Shown: positions 21,101 to 29,621, counted from the first letter of the stretch. The stretch: DNA of 64,000 nucleotides from an uncultured candidate division Zixibacteria bacterium (GCA_963806185.1 CAWDXE010000004.1:256001-320000), one strand, 5' to 3'. Notes: generated by a model from the sequence alone, not told the origin. Numbers and translations are program-made.

Positions 21101-21289
21101 CTGGGCGCGGGCGCGGAATTGAGGTCGTCGATGGCAAAGGCGGTGGTCGGAGGCATTATCTCATCCACACTTCTGACCTTGATTGTTGTGCCGGTTGTGT
21201 ACACGTTGATCGAGGATTTCGTGAAGCTCTTTGGCGGCAAGAAGGCCAAAGCCACACTCCCTGAGGAGATATTGATTGGTCAAAAATAG
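18137..21289 (+). CDS. RND efflux permease (AcrB/AcrD/AcrF family)
   Basis: 1050 aa; GILIDDAIVVIEN, GLVTKNAILLIDF, RLRPILMTT. Confidence 0.95.
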   Translation: MKLSDVAISRPVFTTMMMGALLVLGAFAYMALSVEMFPKVDFPFVTVVTVFPGASAESVETDISKRIEDAVNQISGVRNIVSQSKEGYSLVFIEFQLEKNGFEASNEVREKVAGIRADLPDDVEEPVVSQYDPESEPIISLAISGQRSPREITTLAKDVIKKRLETISGVGSVQLVGGSEREIQVMVNPIAMESYGVTISDVQNAVAAANLEIPGGRIDEGSREYLVRVMGRLTDVHDFNSVIVKNHNGVPVYLSDVARVADSTVEQRSLSRYNGQPAVSLAISKQSGANTVEIAEKTHAVLAQLRSELPPDIKIEVVEDNSTFIKDSIHEIEFNIEFGMLLAVIVLFLFLLDIRPTIIAGLSIPISLIATFTIMSALGFSINMMTLLGLSLSVGILIDDAIVVIENIYRHIDEGAKPWDAAMTATKEIGLAVMATTFSIVVVFIPVAFMQGIVGRFFYQFGMTVAFAVTISLFVAFTLTPMLSSRWLRKTLGGHGGGSATSRKSGLFGSVMHVLGYWNRMFDSIKPAYSKLLASSLRHRWVVMLIAVGSFLVAIYLIAFSGLIGTEFMTQTDEGKVYVSVEAPPGTDLTSTSERIEQIENIVRKIPLVVGSYVTIGSGNDPVTAGRVLFQLVPKDERNRSATQMADSIRTLITSVPGLKVAVSLGSGHGGDKPIEISVSGEDLAQINALARRLQKVVASIPGAIDVDNTQEEGKPELHVVVDRKAADDLGLNLATIPLTVRALVEGEVVTRYKEGTEEYDVRVRLDKSFRESSDEVGRILVASGKDLPDGSKLLVPINRVAALSKEASIGQYNRHNRQRRVSVNANVMSGSFAGTVSGLVMDSIETWQLPPGYKVEPVGEQEIMAETFTNILKALAMAIIFIYLLLASQYESFSDPFSIMLSLPLSLIGAVLGLIGSSFSIMSLIGIVLLMGLVTKNAILLIDFVKQQREKGVSRTEAILIAGPIRLRPILMTTFAMVFGMLPLALGLGAGAELRSSMAKAVVGGIISSTLLTLIVVPVVYTLIEDFVKLFGGKKAKATLPEEILIGQK

Positions 21290-22904
21290 AGTCAATCCCA
21301 GTCGGCAAATGGGATTCACACCATTATATCTTGATTTTCTGGCGGGCCGCAGGCCCGCCAGAGACCTTTATCGTACTCCGTCGCCGGCCGAGGCTGCCGT
21401 TCTCGTTGATGGTCGCTCGTACGATCGTTCGCGCATTGTCGAGATCTTGCGCCGCCAGAATGTCGCCCTCGGAGCCGGGCAAGCCACGCGAACCAATATT
21501 GAAAGACTGGCCGACCAGAAAACAGTAGCCGTATTGGCCGGACAACAAGCCGGGCTTTTGGGTGGCCCGCTGTACTCACTCATAAAGGCACTGGCGCTCG
21601 CAAAGACGGCCGAACGATATTCGACCGAACTCAAGAGATCGGTCGTGCCAATCTTCTGGATCGCGGGTGACGATCATGATTTCGAAGAAATCAATCATGC
21701 GACAGTGCTGAATCGCGCTGGTGAATTGACGGAGATTCGCTACTCGTCAACGCCGAAAGCCGCGTTCCCCGCTTCACAGATCTACCTGTCGGATCAGGAT
21801 ATACTCGACAAGGCCCTTTCGAATCTGCGCGAGTCGCTCGGCGATAGCGATTTCACCCCCGCACTCTATGATATGCTTCGGGCCGACTACACCACCGACG
21901 ATTCCTTCGTGACCGCCTTCGGCAAACTCATGGCCCGCCTCACCGAGCAGTGGGGAGTGATCTTCTTCGACCCGGGTGACGCCGACGCCAAGCAACTCGC
22001 GGCGCCGTTCTTGCTCTCGTTGTTTGATAATCAGGATCAGGCGCGGCAAACGCTTCACAGCCGTAACGGTGAGCTTGAGTCTGCCGGCTATCACGTTCAG
22101 GTGCACAAGCAGGAGAATGCCGTTCACCTGTTTTACAACAATCCCGCGCGTGTCCCGCTCTGGCGCGAGGGAGAGGACTACGTCTGTGGCCGTGAGAAGT
22201 TTGATCGTACGACCATCCGCAATCTCATTCAACAGCAGCCGGAACGATTTTCACCCGATGCCCTCGCGCGGCCGCTCATGCAATCGCACCTGTTCCCGAC
22301 CGTCGCCCAGATCGGCGGACCATCGGAACTCGCTTATCTGGCACAGGTCAACCCGCTGTTTGAAGTCTTCCGCCTTCCCACGCCGTACTATGTCGCCCGC
22401 CCCAGCATCACGCTGGTCGAAAAACGGTTTGAAAAACTCATGGATGAGAACGGGATTACTTTCGAAGATATCACCGGCGACATCGAGCAGGTAGTCAACC
22501 GGATCATGACGAAATCATTCCCGCCGGATCTCGATCAGGGATTGCGCGCATTGCGAAGCGAAGTCGCCGAGCGCATCGCCAATTTCACCCAATCGTCGCT
22601 CTCCTTCGATCCGTCGCTCGCCGATTTCGCCAAACAGACGTCCGGCAAAGTCGATTTCGCCCTCAATGCGTTTTCAGAGAAGGTCTTTGCGGCTCACAAG
22701 AGAAAAGATAAAGAAACTCGGGACCGAATCCACCGCCTCGGTACTGCGCTCTATCCCGGTCACGGCCTGCAAGAGCGAACGCTGAATGTCTCTTATTTCA
22801 TTGCCAAGTACGGATTCGGAGTGGTATCGTTTCTGTATCAGAACCTGGGCGACGACGGATCCGAGCACCGCATCGCACATCTCGCCCGGATGGAGGACCA
22901 ATGA
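21276..22904 (+). CDS. bshC: Bacillithiol biosynthesis cysteine-adding enzyme BshC
   Basis: AGQQAGLLGGPLYS, PIFWIAGDDHDFEEI, GGPSELAY, LQER; GAGGAG precedes the TTG start. Confidence 0.93.
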   Translation: MVKNRVNPSRQMGFTPLYLDFLAGRRPARDLYRTPSPAEAAVLVDGRSYDRSRIVEILRRQNVALGAGQATRTNIERLADQKTVAVLAGQQAGLLGGPLYSLIKALALAKTAERYSTELKRSVVPIFWIAGDDHDFEEINHATVLNRAGELTEIRYSSTPKAAFPASQIYLSDQDILDKALSNLRESLGDSDFTPALYDMLRADYTTDDSFVTAFGKLMARLTEQWGVIFFDPGDADAKQLAAPFLLSLFDNQDQARQTLHSRNGELESAGYHVQVHKQENAVHLFYNNPARVPLWREGEDYVCGREKFDRTTIRNLIQQQPERFSPDALARPLMQSHLFPTVAQIGGPSELAYLAQVNPLFEVFRLPTPYYVARPSITLVEKRFEKLMDENGITFEDITGDIEQVVNRIMTKSFPPDLDQGLRALRSEVAERIANFTQSSLSFDPSLADFAKQTSGKVDFALNAFSEKVFAAHKRKDKETRDRIHRLGTALYPGHGLQERTLNVSYFIAKYGFGVVSFLYQNLGDDGSEHRIAHLARMEDQ

Positions 22905-24031
22905 AGATCGGCATTACTTGCTACCCGGTAGCGGGCGGCTCCGGTATTGTCGCGACCGAACTCGGCCAGCAACTGGCGCATCGCGGCCACGAAGTCCATT
23001 TCATCTCGTACGCCCTGCCGTTTCGGCTCGACCGGTATCAAACCAATGTCTTCTATCACGGGGTGGAAACGACTGCCTACCCGTTGTTCAACCATCCGCC
23101 GTATACGCTGACTCTCGCATCAAAAATGGCCGAGGTGTCCAAGGCATTCAAGATTGACGTGTTACACGTGCACTACGCCATCCCGCACGCCGCTTCCGCG
23201 TTTCTCGCCAGGCAACTGCTTGAGTTTGACGGCGCAGTATCACCCAAAATCATCACGACCCTGCACGGTACCGATATTACGCTCGTCGGGTCCGACCCGT
23301 CATATTTTGATATCACCCGCTTCTCGATTAACGCTTCCGACGGTGTCACCGCCGTCTCGCAATATCTTGCCAATGAAACGAAGGACGTCTTCCGGATTCA
23401 GAAGGATATCCGCGTCGTTCACAATTTTTTTGACGGAACCCGCTTCCGCCCCAACACCGACCAGTGCAAACGCTCTGAATTCGCTAAAGACAGTGAATTC
23501 CTGCTGACCCACGTCTCCAACTTCCGTCCGGTCAAACGCACCATGGACGTTATTGATATCTTCGACAAGGTGCAGGCCGAACTTCCGGCCAAGCTTCTGT
23601 TGGTGGGCGAAGGACCCGATACGGTGTTGATCCGCCGAGCCATCAACAAAAAGGGACTTGCCGACAAAGTGATCTTTCTCGGCAACCAGAGCCGCGTGGA
23701 GGCGGTTTTGCCTTGCTCCGATATCTTCCTGCTCCCGTCGGCCGAAGAATCCTTCGGTCTTGCCGCGCTTGAGGCTCTTGCCTGCGGCGTACCGGTGATT
23801 GGATCGTCCGGCACCGGCCTCATGGAAGTGGTCGACGATTACCGCAACGGTTTCCTGCTGCCGGTAGGCGACACTACTGCCATGGCGCGCGCCGCTATGG
23901 CGCTCCTGCGAGATAAGGCCCGCCTGGCGGAATTCAAACTGGCCGCCGCGGCTACCGTGGCGAAACGATTCAACGCCGACAAGATCGTGGGTGAATACGA
24001 ACAGTACTACGAGGAGGTCCTCCGTGGCTGA
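22901..24031 (+). CDS. bshA: N-acetyl-alpha-D-glucosaminyl L-malate synthase BshA
   Basis: MKIGITCYPVAGGSGIVATELG, HVHYAIPHA, TTLHGTDITLVG, HVSNFRPVKR, ESFGLAALEA. Confidence 0.96.
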   Translation: MKIGITCYPVAGGSGIVATELGQQLAHRGHEVHFISYALPFRLDRYQTNVFYHGVETTAYPLFNHPPYTLTLASKMAEVSKAFKIDVLHVHYAIPHAASAFLARQLLEFDGAVSPKIITTLHGTDITLVGSDPSYFDITRFSINASDGVTAVSQYLANETKDVFRIQKDIRVVHNFFDGTRFRPNTDQCKRSEFAKDSEFLLTHVSNFRPVKRTMDVIDIFDKVQAELPAKLLLVGEGPDTVLIRRAINKKGLADKVIFLGNQSRVEAVLPCSDIFLLPSAEESFGLAALEALACGVPVIGSSGTGLMEVVDDYRNGFLLPVGDTTAMARAAMALLRDKARLAEFKLAAAATVAKRFNADKIVGEYEQYYEEVLRG

Positions 24032-24800
24032 GACGACCACTTGCGATGTTCTGGCGATTGCCGCGCATCCCGATGATGTCGAAATTTCCTGCGGCGGCAC
24101 GCTTATCAAAATGGGGAAGATGGGACGAGCCGTCGGTGTGCTGGACTTGACCAAAGGTGAACTGGGCACGCGCGGCGACGAACAAACGCGGCAGCGGGAA
24201 TCCGATGAGGCTTCGCGCATAATGGGACTCGCCTTCCGCGAATCCCTTGCCATGCCCGACTCAGCCATCGACTACACGTATGAAAGCAAACTGGCGGTCG
24301 CAAAAGTCATCCGCCGCACCCGACCCGAGCTGATTATCCTCCCGCATTGGGAACAGCGCCACCCTGATCACCTCGCCTGCACTCGTCTCGGCTATGACGC
24401 CTGCTATCTGGCCGGACTCGGCAAGATAGATATCGGCGTCGAACCCCACCGACCCAGAAAGATCATTTACATCTCGTACTATCGAAATACCGATTTTTCT
24501 TTTCTAGTCGACATCTCCGACGAATTTGAACAGAAAGTCCGCGCCGTCGCCGCCTACCAGTCTCAATTTGGCAACGAGCTGACCGCCAAACACCTCGCGA
24601 AATCGCTCCTGAACATCTTCGACCTGATCAAGAGCGGCGGCACCAATGTTTTCTCTCCCGGCATCAATATCTACGATCTGCTGTACACGCGCGCGCGGCA
24701 ACTCGGTCAGACCGTAGGCGTGCAGTTTGCCGAAGCCTACACGATCAAGGAACACATCCTGATCGAGGACCCCCAGAAGATGCCGGTCCGCTCCATCTGA
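24024..24800 (+). CDS. bshB1: Bacillithiol biosynthesis deacetylase BshB1
   Basis: PIG-L motifs AHPDDVE, DLTKGELGTRG, RHPDH; GTG start at 24024 overlaps the bshA end. Confidence 0.92.
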   Translation: MAETTTCDVLAIAAHPDDVEISCGGTLIKMGKMGRAVGVLDLTKGELGTRGDEQTRQRESDEASRIMGLAFRESLAMPDSAIDYTYESKLAVAKVIRRTRPELIILPHWEQRHPDHLACTRLGYDACYLAGLGKIDIGVEPHRPRKIIYISYYRNTDFSFLVDISDEFEQKVRAVAAYQSQFGNELTAKHLAKSLLNIFDLIKSGGTNVFSPGINIYDLLYTRARQLGQTVGVQFAEAYTIKEHILIEDPQKMPVRSI

Positions 24801-24913
24801 CCTGTATCTTCATAATCCTCGTTTCAACGTTAGGTTCGTCTGGTCGGATTTTAGTTGTACGGCACCGCTCCTGTCCGCTATACTGCTCTTCAAATCAGGA
24901 GGATTTAAGAGCC

Positions 24914-25486
24914 ATGACGACCCGCACCACTACCGTATACAGCCTGGTCAAGCCCCATTCACTTCTTCGTGAACTGCCGTTTCTTATCACTGCGAATCTC
25001 TTGTTAGTCGTTTGCGGTTGGGTCGCCTTCAGCCTCCCGTTCTCTCCGGTTCCCGTCACCCTTCAGACCTTCGGCGTTACGCTGGTCGCCATGGCGCTCG
25101 GCCGAGTCCGAGGCACGGCCGTGGTCGCGGCTTACTTGATCGAGGGCGGCATGGGCATGCCCGTCTTCGCCGGTGGCGCCGGCGGCTGGCCCTACTTCTT
25201 GGGCCCTACGGGCGGCTATTTGTGTGGCTTCCTGGCCGCCGCTTGGGTGGTCGGATACCTCGCCGACAGGGGATGGGAGAGGAACTACCTGCTGTCTGCG
25301 TCGGCGATGACGGTCGGCCATGCCATTATCTTTGCTATTGGTCTCGTCGGTCTTGCGCGGTTTGCGCCCTCAGGTTCACTGCTGACTTTGGGCCTGTATC
25401 CGTTCGCAGCAGGAACATTGCTCAAGATTGCCGCCGCTGCCGTTCTGCTTCCTACTGTGTGGCGGTTCGCCGGTCGCACGCGGTAA
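24914..25486 (+). CDS. bioY: Biotin transporter BioY
   Basis: PVPVTLQTF, GMPVFAGG, GPTGGYL. Confidence 0.93.
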   Translation: MTTRTTTVYSLVKPHSLLRELPFLITANLLLVVCGWVAFSLPFSPVPVTLQTFGVTLVAMALGRVRGTAVVAAYLIEGGMGMPVFAGGAGGWPYFLGPTGGYLCGFLAAAWVVGYLADRGWERNYLLSASAMTVGHAIIFAIGLVGLARFAPSGSLLTLGLYPFAAGTLLKIAAAAVLLPTVWRFAGRTR

Positions 25487-25694
25487 AGAATCTGCTTCAT
25501 CGGTCGTCGGAAACTTCGTTGACACACAAGTACTTAACTTTTTCTGTCAACGCGCTCTGAAATTCATGTATTTTCTTCTGTCATATCAGCTTCACTCAAC
25601 ATCTGGACAACATTTCGATTGAACTGGCCGCGCCGTTTGGCGTATATTGTATTAATGTTGTTGCAAACCTCTTACTTCCGTATAGGGTGAAATC

Positions 25695-26642
25695 ATGGCC
25701 ATGACCAAAACCGAATTTATCTGGATGAATGGCAAGCTGATCCGCTGGGATGATGCCAAAATCCACGTTTTATCCCACGTCGTTCACTACGGATCGTCTG
25801 TTTTTGAAGGGATGCGGGTCTATAAACACCCCCAGGGGCCGGCCTGCTTCCGCCTCAATGAGCACACTGAACGCCTGTTCGACTCAGCCAAGATCTATCG
25901 GATGCAGATCCCGTTTACCCCGGCCCAGATCAATGAAGCAATCCTCGAACTCTGTTCCTTAAATCGAATTGACGAGGCCTACGTCCGCCCGATTGTCTAT
26001 CGAGGTTACTCGACATTGGGTGTTGACCCGACCGGTACACCTATCGAGGTCGCCATCGCCGCCTGGCCGTGGGGCAAGTACCTCGGCCCGGAAGCGCTGG
26101 ATAATGGGGTCTCCGTCTGCGTTTCTTCCTGGAATCGCATCGCGCCAAACACCATGCCCGCCATGGCCAAGGCGGGCGCCAATTACATGAATAGTCAGCT
26201 CATCAAGCTCGAGGCGATCAGCCACGGGTACGCTGAAGGTATCGCGCTCGATATTTTCGGGCATGTGTCCGAGGGTTCGGGCGAAAACATCTTTATCGTC
26301 CGTCGCAATACGTTGGTCACGCCGACCTTCTCGGCGTCGATCCTGCCCGGCATCACCCGCCGCTCGGTCATCAATATTGCCGAGGATATGGGGTTGAAAG
26401 TCATCGAACAGGACATCCCGCGCGAGGCATTGTATTTGGCCGACGAAGTCTTCTTCACCGGCTCGGCCGCGGAAATCACGCCCATTTCTCAAATCGACAA
26501 TATCACCATCGGCTCCGGCAAGTGCGGGCCCATCACCAAATCACTTCAGACCGCCTTTTTTGATATCGTGAGCGGCAAGGCCAAGGACAAGTTTGGCTGG
26601 CTCACCTTCGTTCCGGCGGGGAAAGCGATTCCGGTGAAATGA
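25695..26642 (+). CDS. ilvE: Branched-chain amino acid aminotransferase
   Basis: HYGSSVFEG, AKAGANY, EGSGENIF, ILPGITR, TGSAAEITP. Confidence 0.96.
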   Translation: MAMTKTEFIWMNGKLIRWDDAKIHVLSHVVHYGSSVFEGMRVYKHPQGPACFRLNEHTERLFDSAKIYRMQIPFTPAQINEAILELCSLNRIDEAYVRPIVYRGYSTLGVDPTGTPIEVAIAAWPWGKYLGPEALDNGVSVCVSSWNRIAPNTMPAMAKAGANYMNSQLIKLEAISHGYAEGIALDIFGHVSEGSGENIFIVRRNTLVTPTFSASILPGITRRSVINIAEDMGLKVIEQDIPREALYLADEVFFTGSAAEITPISQIDNITIGSGKCGPITKSLQTAFFDIVSGKAKDKFGWLTFVPAGKAIPVK

Positions 26643-27088
26643 AGATTGCCCTCGGCGCCGACCACAAAGGGTATCAGTTCAAGGAAAAGGTCAAAGCCTA
26701 CCTTTTGCGGTTGGGCCACCAGGTGACCGATTTCGGCACCAACGGTGAGCAGTCGGTGGACTACCCAGATTTCGCTCTGAAAGTGGCCCGGGCGGTGTCC
26801 AATCACGACGTCGACCGGGGCATCACAGTCTGTTGGACCGGCAACGGCATGAATATCGCCGCGAATAAAGTGCGCGGCGTTCGCAGCGGCCTGGCGCTGA
26901 ATCCCGAGATGGCCCAGCTCACCCGACAGCACAACGATGCCAACGTCTTGGCGCTCTCCAGCAAGTACACACCCGAGGATCAGCTTGAGGAAACGGTGCG
27001 GCTGTTTTTGGAGACGCCCTTCGAGGGTGGTCGCCACGTTGCCCGGGTCGCGAAGATCGAGCGCGCCGAGAGTGAAGAGGGCAGGTAG
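26639..27088 (+). CDS. rpiB: Ribose-5-phosphate isomerase B
   Basis: GADHKG, SVDYPDFA, CWTGNG, HNDANVL, FEGGRH. Confidence 0.96.
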   Translation: MKIALGADHKGYQFKEKVKAYLLRLGHQVTDFGTNGEQSVDYPDFALKVARAVSNHDVDRGITVCWTGNGMNIAANKVRGVRSGLALNPEMAQLTRQHNDANVLALSSKYTPEDQLEETVRLFLETPFEGGRHVARVAKIERAESEEGR

Positions 27089-27129
27089 GTCGGGTTCCGA
27101 AGCGAGCCCTGCTTGCGAAGAAACCCGAC
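27085..27129 (+). repeat. GTAG-type REP-like palindrome
   Basis: GTAG followed by GTCGGGTT...AACCCGAC stem; overlaps the rpiB stop. Confidence 0.6.
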
Positions 27130-27141
27130 AGCAAGTTTACC

Positions 27142-27188
27142 GTTGCGTCAGGTCCTGCGCCACGTCTTCGTGCCGTGTGACCTGACGC
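27142..27188 (+). repeat. 47-bp palindromic repeat, copy 1
   Basis: Perfect 10-bp stem GCGTCAGGTC/GACCTGACGC; homologous to copies at 27511 and 28976. Confidence 0.8.
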
Positions 27189-27196
27189 TCTTTTTT

Positions 27197-27232
27197 CTCC
27201 CTCTCCCTCTGGGAGAGGGTTGGGGTGAGGGC
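27197..27232 (-). repeat. CCCTCACCC...CCCTCTCCC..GGGAGAGGG REP-like element
   Basis: Minus strand reads GCCCTCACCCCAACCCTCTCCCAGAGGGAGAGGGAG, a widespread intergenic palindromic repeat type. Confidence 0.7.
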
Positions 27233-27269
27233 CTGTAGGTTGCTCCTCTTTGCGACAAGTCTCGAGGCA

Positions 27270-27304
27270 AAACCGTCGCATTGAGCGAAGTCGAAGTGCG
27301 ACAT
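27270..27304 (+). repeat. CGTC-type REP-like element, copy 1
   Basis: AAACCGTCGCATTGAGCGAAGTCGAAGTGCGACA; second copy at 28090. Confidence 0.7.
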
Positions 27305-27510
27305 TCCGTCAATCACCTCACCCCGCATCTCCGAAAAAACACCATTCCAGCACCCCGCCCATCCTCGCAAGGCGCTTCACACCTTCCCGCATAACCACAT
27401 ATCAATCCTCAATGTGATCATTGCACTTTGTTGCACCGCCGTACTACCAATTCGCTACAAAGTGCGGAATCGGGGCCCTTTATAAAGGACACCATCGTAA
27501 ACCCACCCCT

Positions 27511-27557
27511 GTTGCGTCAGGTTCTGCGCCACGTCATCGTGGCACCTGACTTGACGC
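27511..27557 (+). repeat. 47-bp palindromic repeat, copy 2
   Basis: 40/47 identical to 27142-27188 by manual alignment. Confidence 0.8.
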
Positions 27558-27883
27558 CGCTACTTCAACCAGCCTAATCAGTACCCCACCGTCTTGCGGT
27601 GGAGTTCGGATTAGGTAACCGAGACATCTCTATGGACCCGCCGCTATCATAACCACCAGTCGAACCACTGAGACTCCATAACCGTGGCTCGTCTTTTTTT
27701 TCAATATGGAGCCCCGCGCGTTGTACCGATTTGTTTTTGCAGAGTCCGGTATCGACGCATTCGGCGTTGCCCACCGCCCGCCGACCTTGACATACACTTT
27801 GAAAAGTTTGACATACACCTTGTACCCATCAGACAGCCCTAAACCACCGTCGAACGCGGAGGCGTTGTCGCGAGGGCGACCAA

Positions 27884-27950
27884 GTAGCTGGCGTACGTCT
27901 CGTGCGCCAGCCCCGACACTCATTGCGAGGAGCGCAGCGACGTGGCAACT
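27884..27950 (+). repeat. Adjacent GTAG-type hairpin and TCATTGCGAGGAGCG..GCGAC..GCAA element
   Basis: GTAG plus stem GCTGGCGTAC/GTGCGCCAGC (27884-27911); TCATTGCGAGGAGCGCAGCGACGTGGCAACT (27920-27950). Confidence 0.6.
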
Positions 27951-28029
27951 TCAACTCCATATCCACCCACCTCAACCTCGTCGTCGTGCCAACCATCAAA
28001 CACCACCACCGTCGCACCGCCCCCTTTTT

Positions 28030-28064
28030 CGTCATCCTGAATCATTCTCATGATTCAGGACCTC
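28030..28064 (+). repeat. CGTCATCCTGAA...TTCAGGA REP-like palindrome
   Basis: Perfect stem TCCTGAATCA/TGATTCAGGA preceded by CGTC. Confidence 0.65.
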
Positions 28065-28089
28065 AGTGTCCACTGCATTCACGGTCTTC

Positions 28090-28124
28090 AAACCGTCGCA
28101 CTGAGCGAAGGCGATGGGCGACAC
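28090..28124 (+). repeat. CGTC-type REP-like element, copy 2
   Basis: AAACCGTCGCACTGAGCGAAGGCGATGGGCGACA, about 30/35 identical to the 27270 copy. Confidence 0.65.
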
Positions 28125-28173
28125 TATCACCAGTGATTTCGCTCATTCCATAACGTTGACGGTCAACTTCCAC

Positions 28174-28202
28174 TTGCCTCCGTGTAACGCCGATTGTATA
28201 CT
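28174..28202 (+). promoter_or_regulatory. Putative sigma70 promoter
   Basis: TTGCCT, 17 nt, TATACT; AGGAGG RBS before GTG 28226. Confidence 0.55.
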
Positions 28203-28225
28203 CCACGTAATATAGGAGGTATACC

Positions 28226-28852
28226 GTGCGTCTGGTCAATCAGTGGTTCGCTTTCTGCCTCATCTTAGCCCCCATGCTCGTTGCATGTTCTACCTCATAC
28301 GTCTCGCACACGTCGATTTCGGGTGAAGTCGCCGCCGTTAAGAATTGGCAAATCGTATGGGTCGACTCACTCGCATGGGCTGTCCCACCTGTGCTTCCCA
28401 AGGGTGTCGATCAGGACAAAGTACGAGGATTGTCGAGATTCTGTGGCGAATTCGTCTCGGAGGTGAGAACTGAGGTAGTCCGTCAGGGAAAGGTGTCAGC
28501 TTACAGCAATATGCCCGTCGATGGAACCATTAAACTGATCCTCGTTCCTCGAGGAGCGCGACCACTTTCGTTTGACTATTATGGCCAGAATCGCGCCAGG
28601 GACGTGGCGAACTATATGCAGACTCGTTCGGCATCGGAGAGGGCGCCGGAGGTGGTAGCGGAATTGGCCGGAGGTGTATTGACAGCCTTGTTGGAAGGTG
28701 GACACCACATGGATGGCGTCAGAGTCGGTATCGCCGATAGCTCAGGTAAGTCACTTGGTGAGGTATATCTTGCCGGCAAGGGACGCCATGACGTTGACCC
28801 GAAGAAAGTATGCGAAACGATCGGGAATCTCATTCGGACAGGGAAGAACTAG
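28226..28852 (+). CDS. Hypothetical lipoprotein
   Basis: Strong RBS (AGGAGG), lipobox LVAC; no family recognised. Confidence 0.7.
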   Translation: MRLVNQWFAFCLILAPMLVACSTSYVSHTSISGEVAAVKNWQIVWVDSLAWAVPPVLPKGVDQDKVRGLSRFCGEFVSEVRTEVVRQGKVSAYSNMPVDGTIKLILVPRGARPLSFDYYGQNRARDVANYMQTRSASERAPEVVAELAGGVLTALLEGGHHMDGVRVGIADSSGKSLGEVYLAGKGRHDVDPKKVCETIGNLIRTGKN

Positions 28853-28975
28853 TTCGGGGCGGAACCTTCAATAACCCTCAAAGTTTGGGATCCGCCCCCC
28901 CCTCACCCGCAAAGAAACGCCGACCGCGGAACTTCATAACGGCTTCGCCGATTCTTGCAATCCTCTATTGCCGTG

Positions 28976-29022
28976 GCGTTAGGTCACACGACCCGAAGGC
29001 GGGGCGCTGGAACTGATGCAAC
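28976..29022 (-). repeat. 47-bp palindromic repeat, copy 3 (inverted)
   Basis: Reverse complement GTTGCATCAGTTCCAGCGCCCCGCCTTCGGGTCGTGTGACCTAACGC, 39/47 identical to copy 1. Confidence 0.8.
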
Positions 29023-29042
29023 ATCAGATCCCCAACCACCCC

Positions 29043-29621
29043 CTACCGCCCCGCCAGCATCTCCGTCAGAAACGCCATCTTCGCCATCTCCTCAGGCGTT
29101 GCTCCGATTGTCCCACCCTTCAATATGCTGTACTCCTCGGCGATTCGACGAAGAAGAGGAAGGTTCGCTTCTCTTCGCAACCGCTCTGCCAACCCGCTCT
29201 TCTTCTCGAACGGAAACCCCAACTTCGCCAATTTCGGCTCCCACCTCATGATCGCACCGGTCGTATCATCGAGAACAAATTCCAGCGCCTCAGGCGACAT
29301 CGTATTCGTGTAGTCATTGACGGCAAACGTCCGCTTGCCCGTTGCCATCACAGCTACGCCCAATTTGGCATCGGACCGCCAGCGAATCTTCATCGGCAGT
29401 CCATCTGGCATTCTTACCACCCCCGATGAATCAGCGACTCCCCACGCAAAATCATACGCGCCGTCGGAGTATTGCCACGCCTCACAGTAGAAGACCGCCC
29501 CGGCCAGACCCCGACCTTGTCTGTCGGTCACCCGAGCAATGACGTCGACTGCCTTCTCACATCCGGCAAGGACGAGAGTCAAAACCAATATGAGGAGCGA
29601 TCGGACTATCGCGCGATTCAT
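29043..29621 (-). CDS. Hypothetical lipoprotein, candidate immunity protein
   Basis: MNRAIVRSLLILVLTLVLAGC lipobox from ATG 29621; ATGA overlap with the stop of the 797-aa gene. Confidence 0.7.
   Translation of the reverse strand: MNRAIVRSLLILVLTLVLAGCEKAVDVIARVTDRQGRGLAGAVFYCEAWQYSDGAYDFAWGVADSSGVVRMPDGLPMKIRWRSDAKLGVAVMATGKRTFAVNDYTNTMSPEALEFVLDDTTGAIMRWEPKLAKLGFPFEKKSGLAERLRREANLPLLRRIAEEYSILKGGTIGATPEEMAKMAFLTEMLAGR

Noticed and set aside
25518..25551. BirA operator near bioY (GTTGACA-N20-TGTCAAC)
   Set aside because: Downstream of bioY, with half-site orientation and spacing that do not match the BirA consensus
26919..28153. Short ORFs in the repeat region (e.g. 26919-27281 minus, 27706-28053 plus)
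   Set aside because: Translations come from palindromic repeats (PHPNPLPEGEG) with no clear RBS or family motif
27142..29022. CRISPR array formed by the 47-bp repeats
   Set aside because: Only three degenerate copies, spaced hundreds of bases to over 1 kb apart, one inverted; no cas genes
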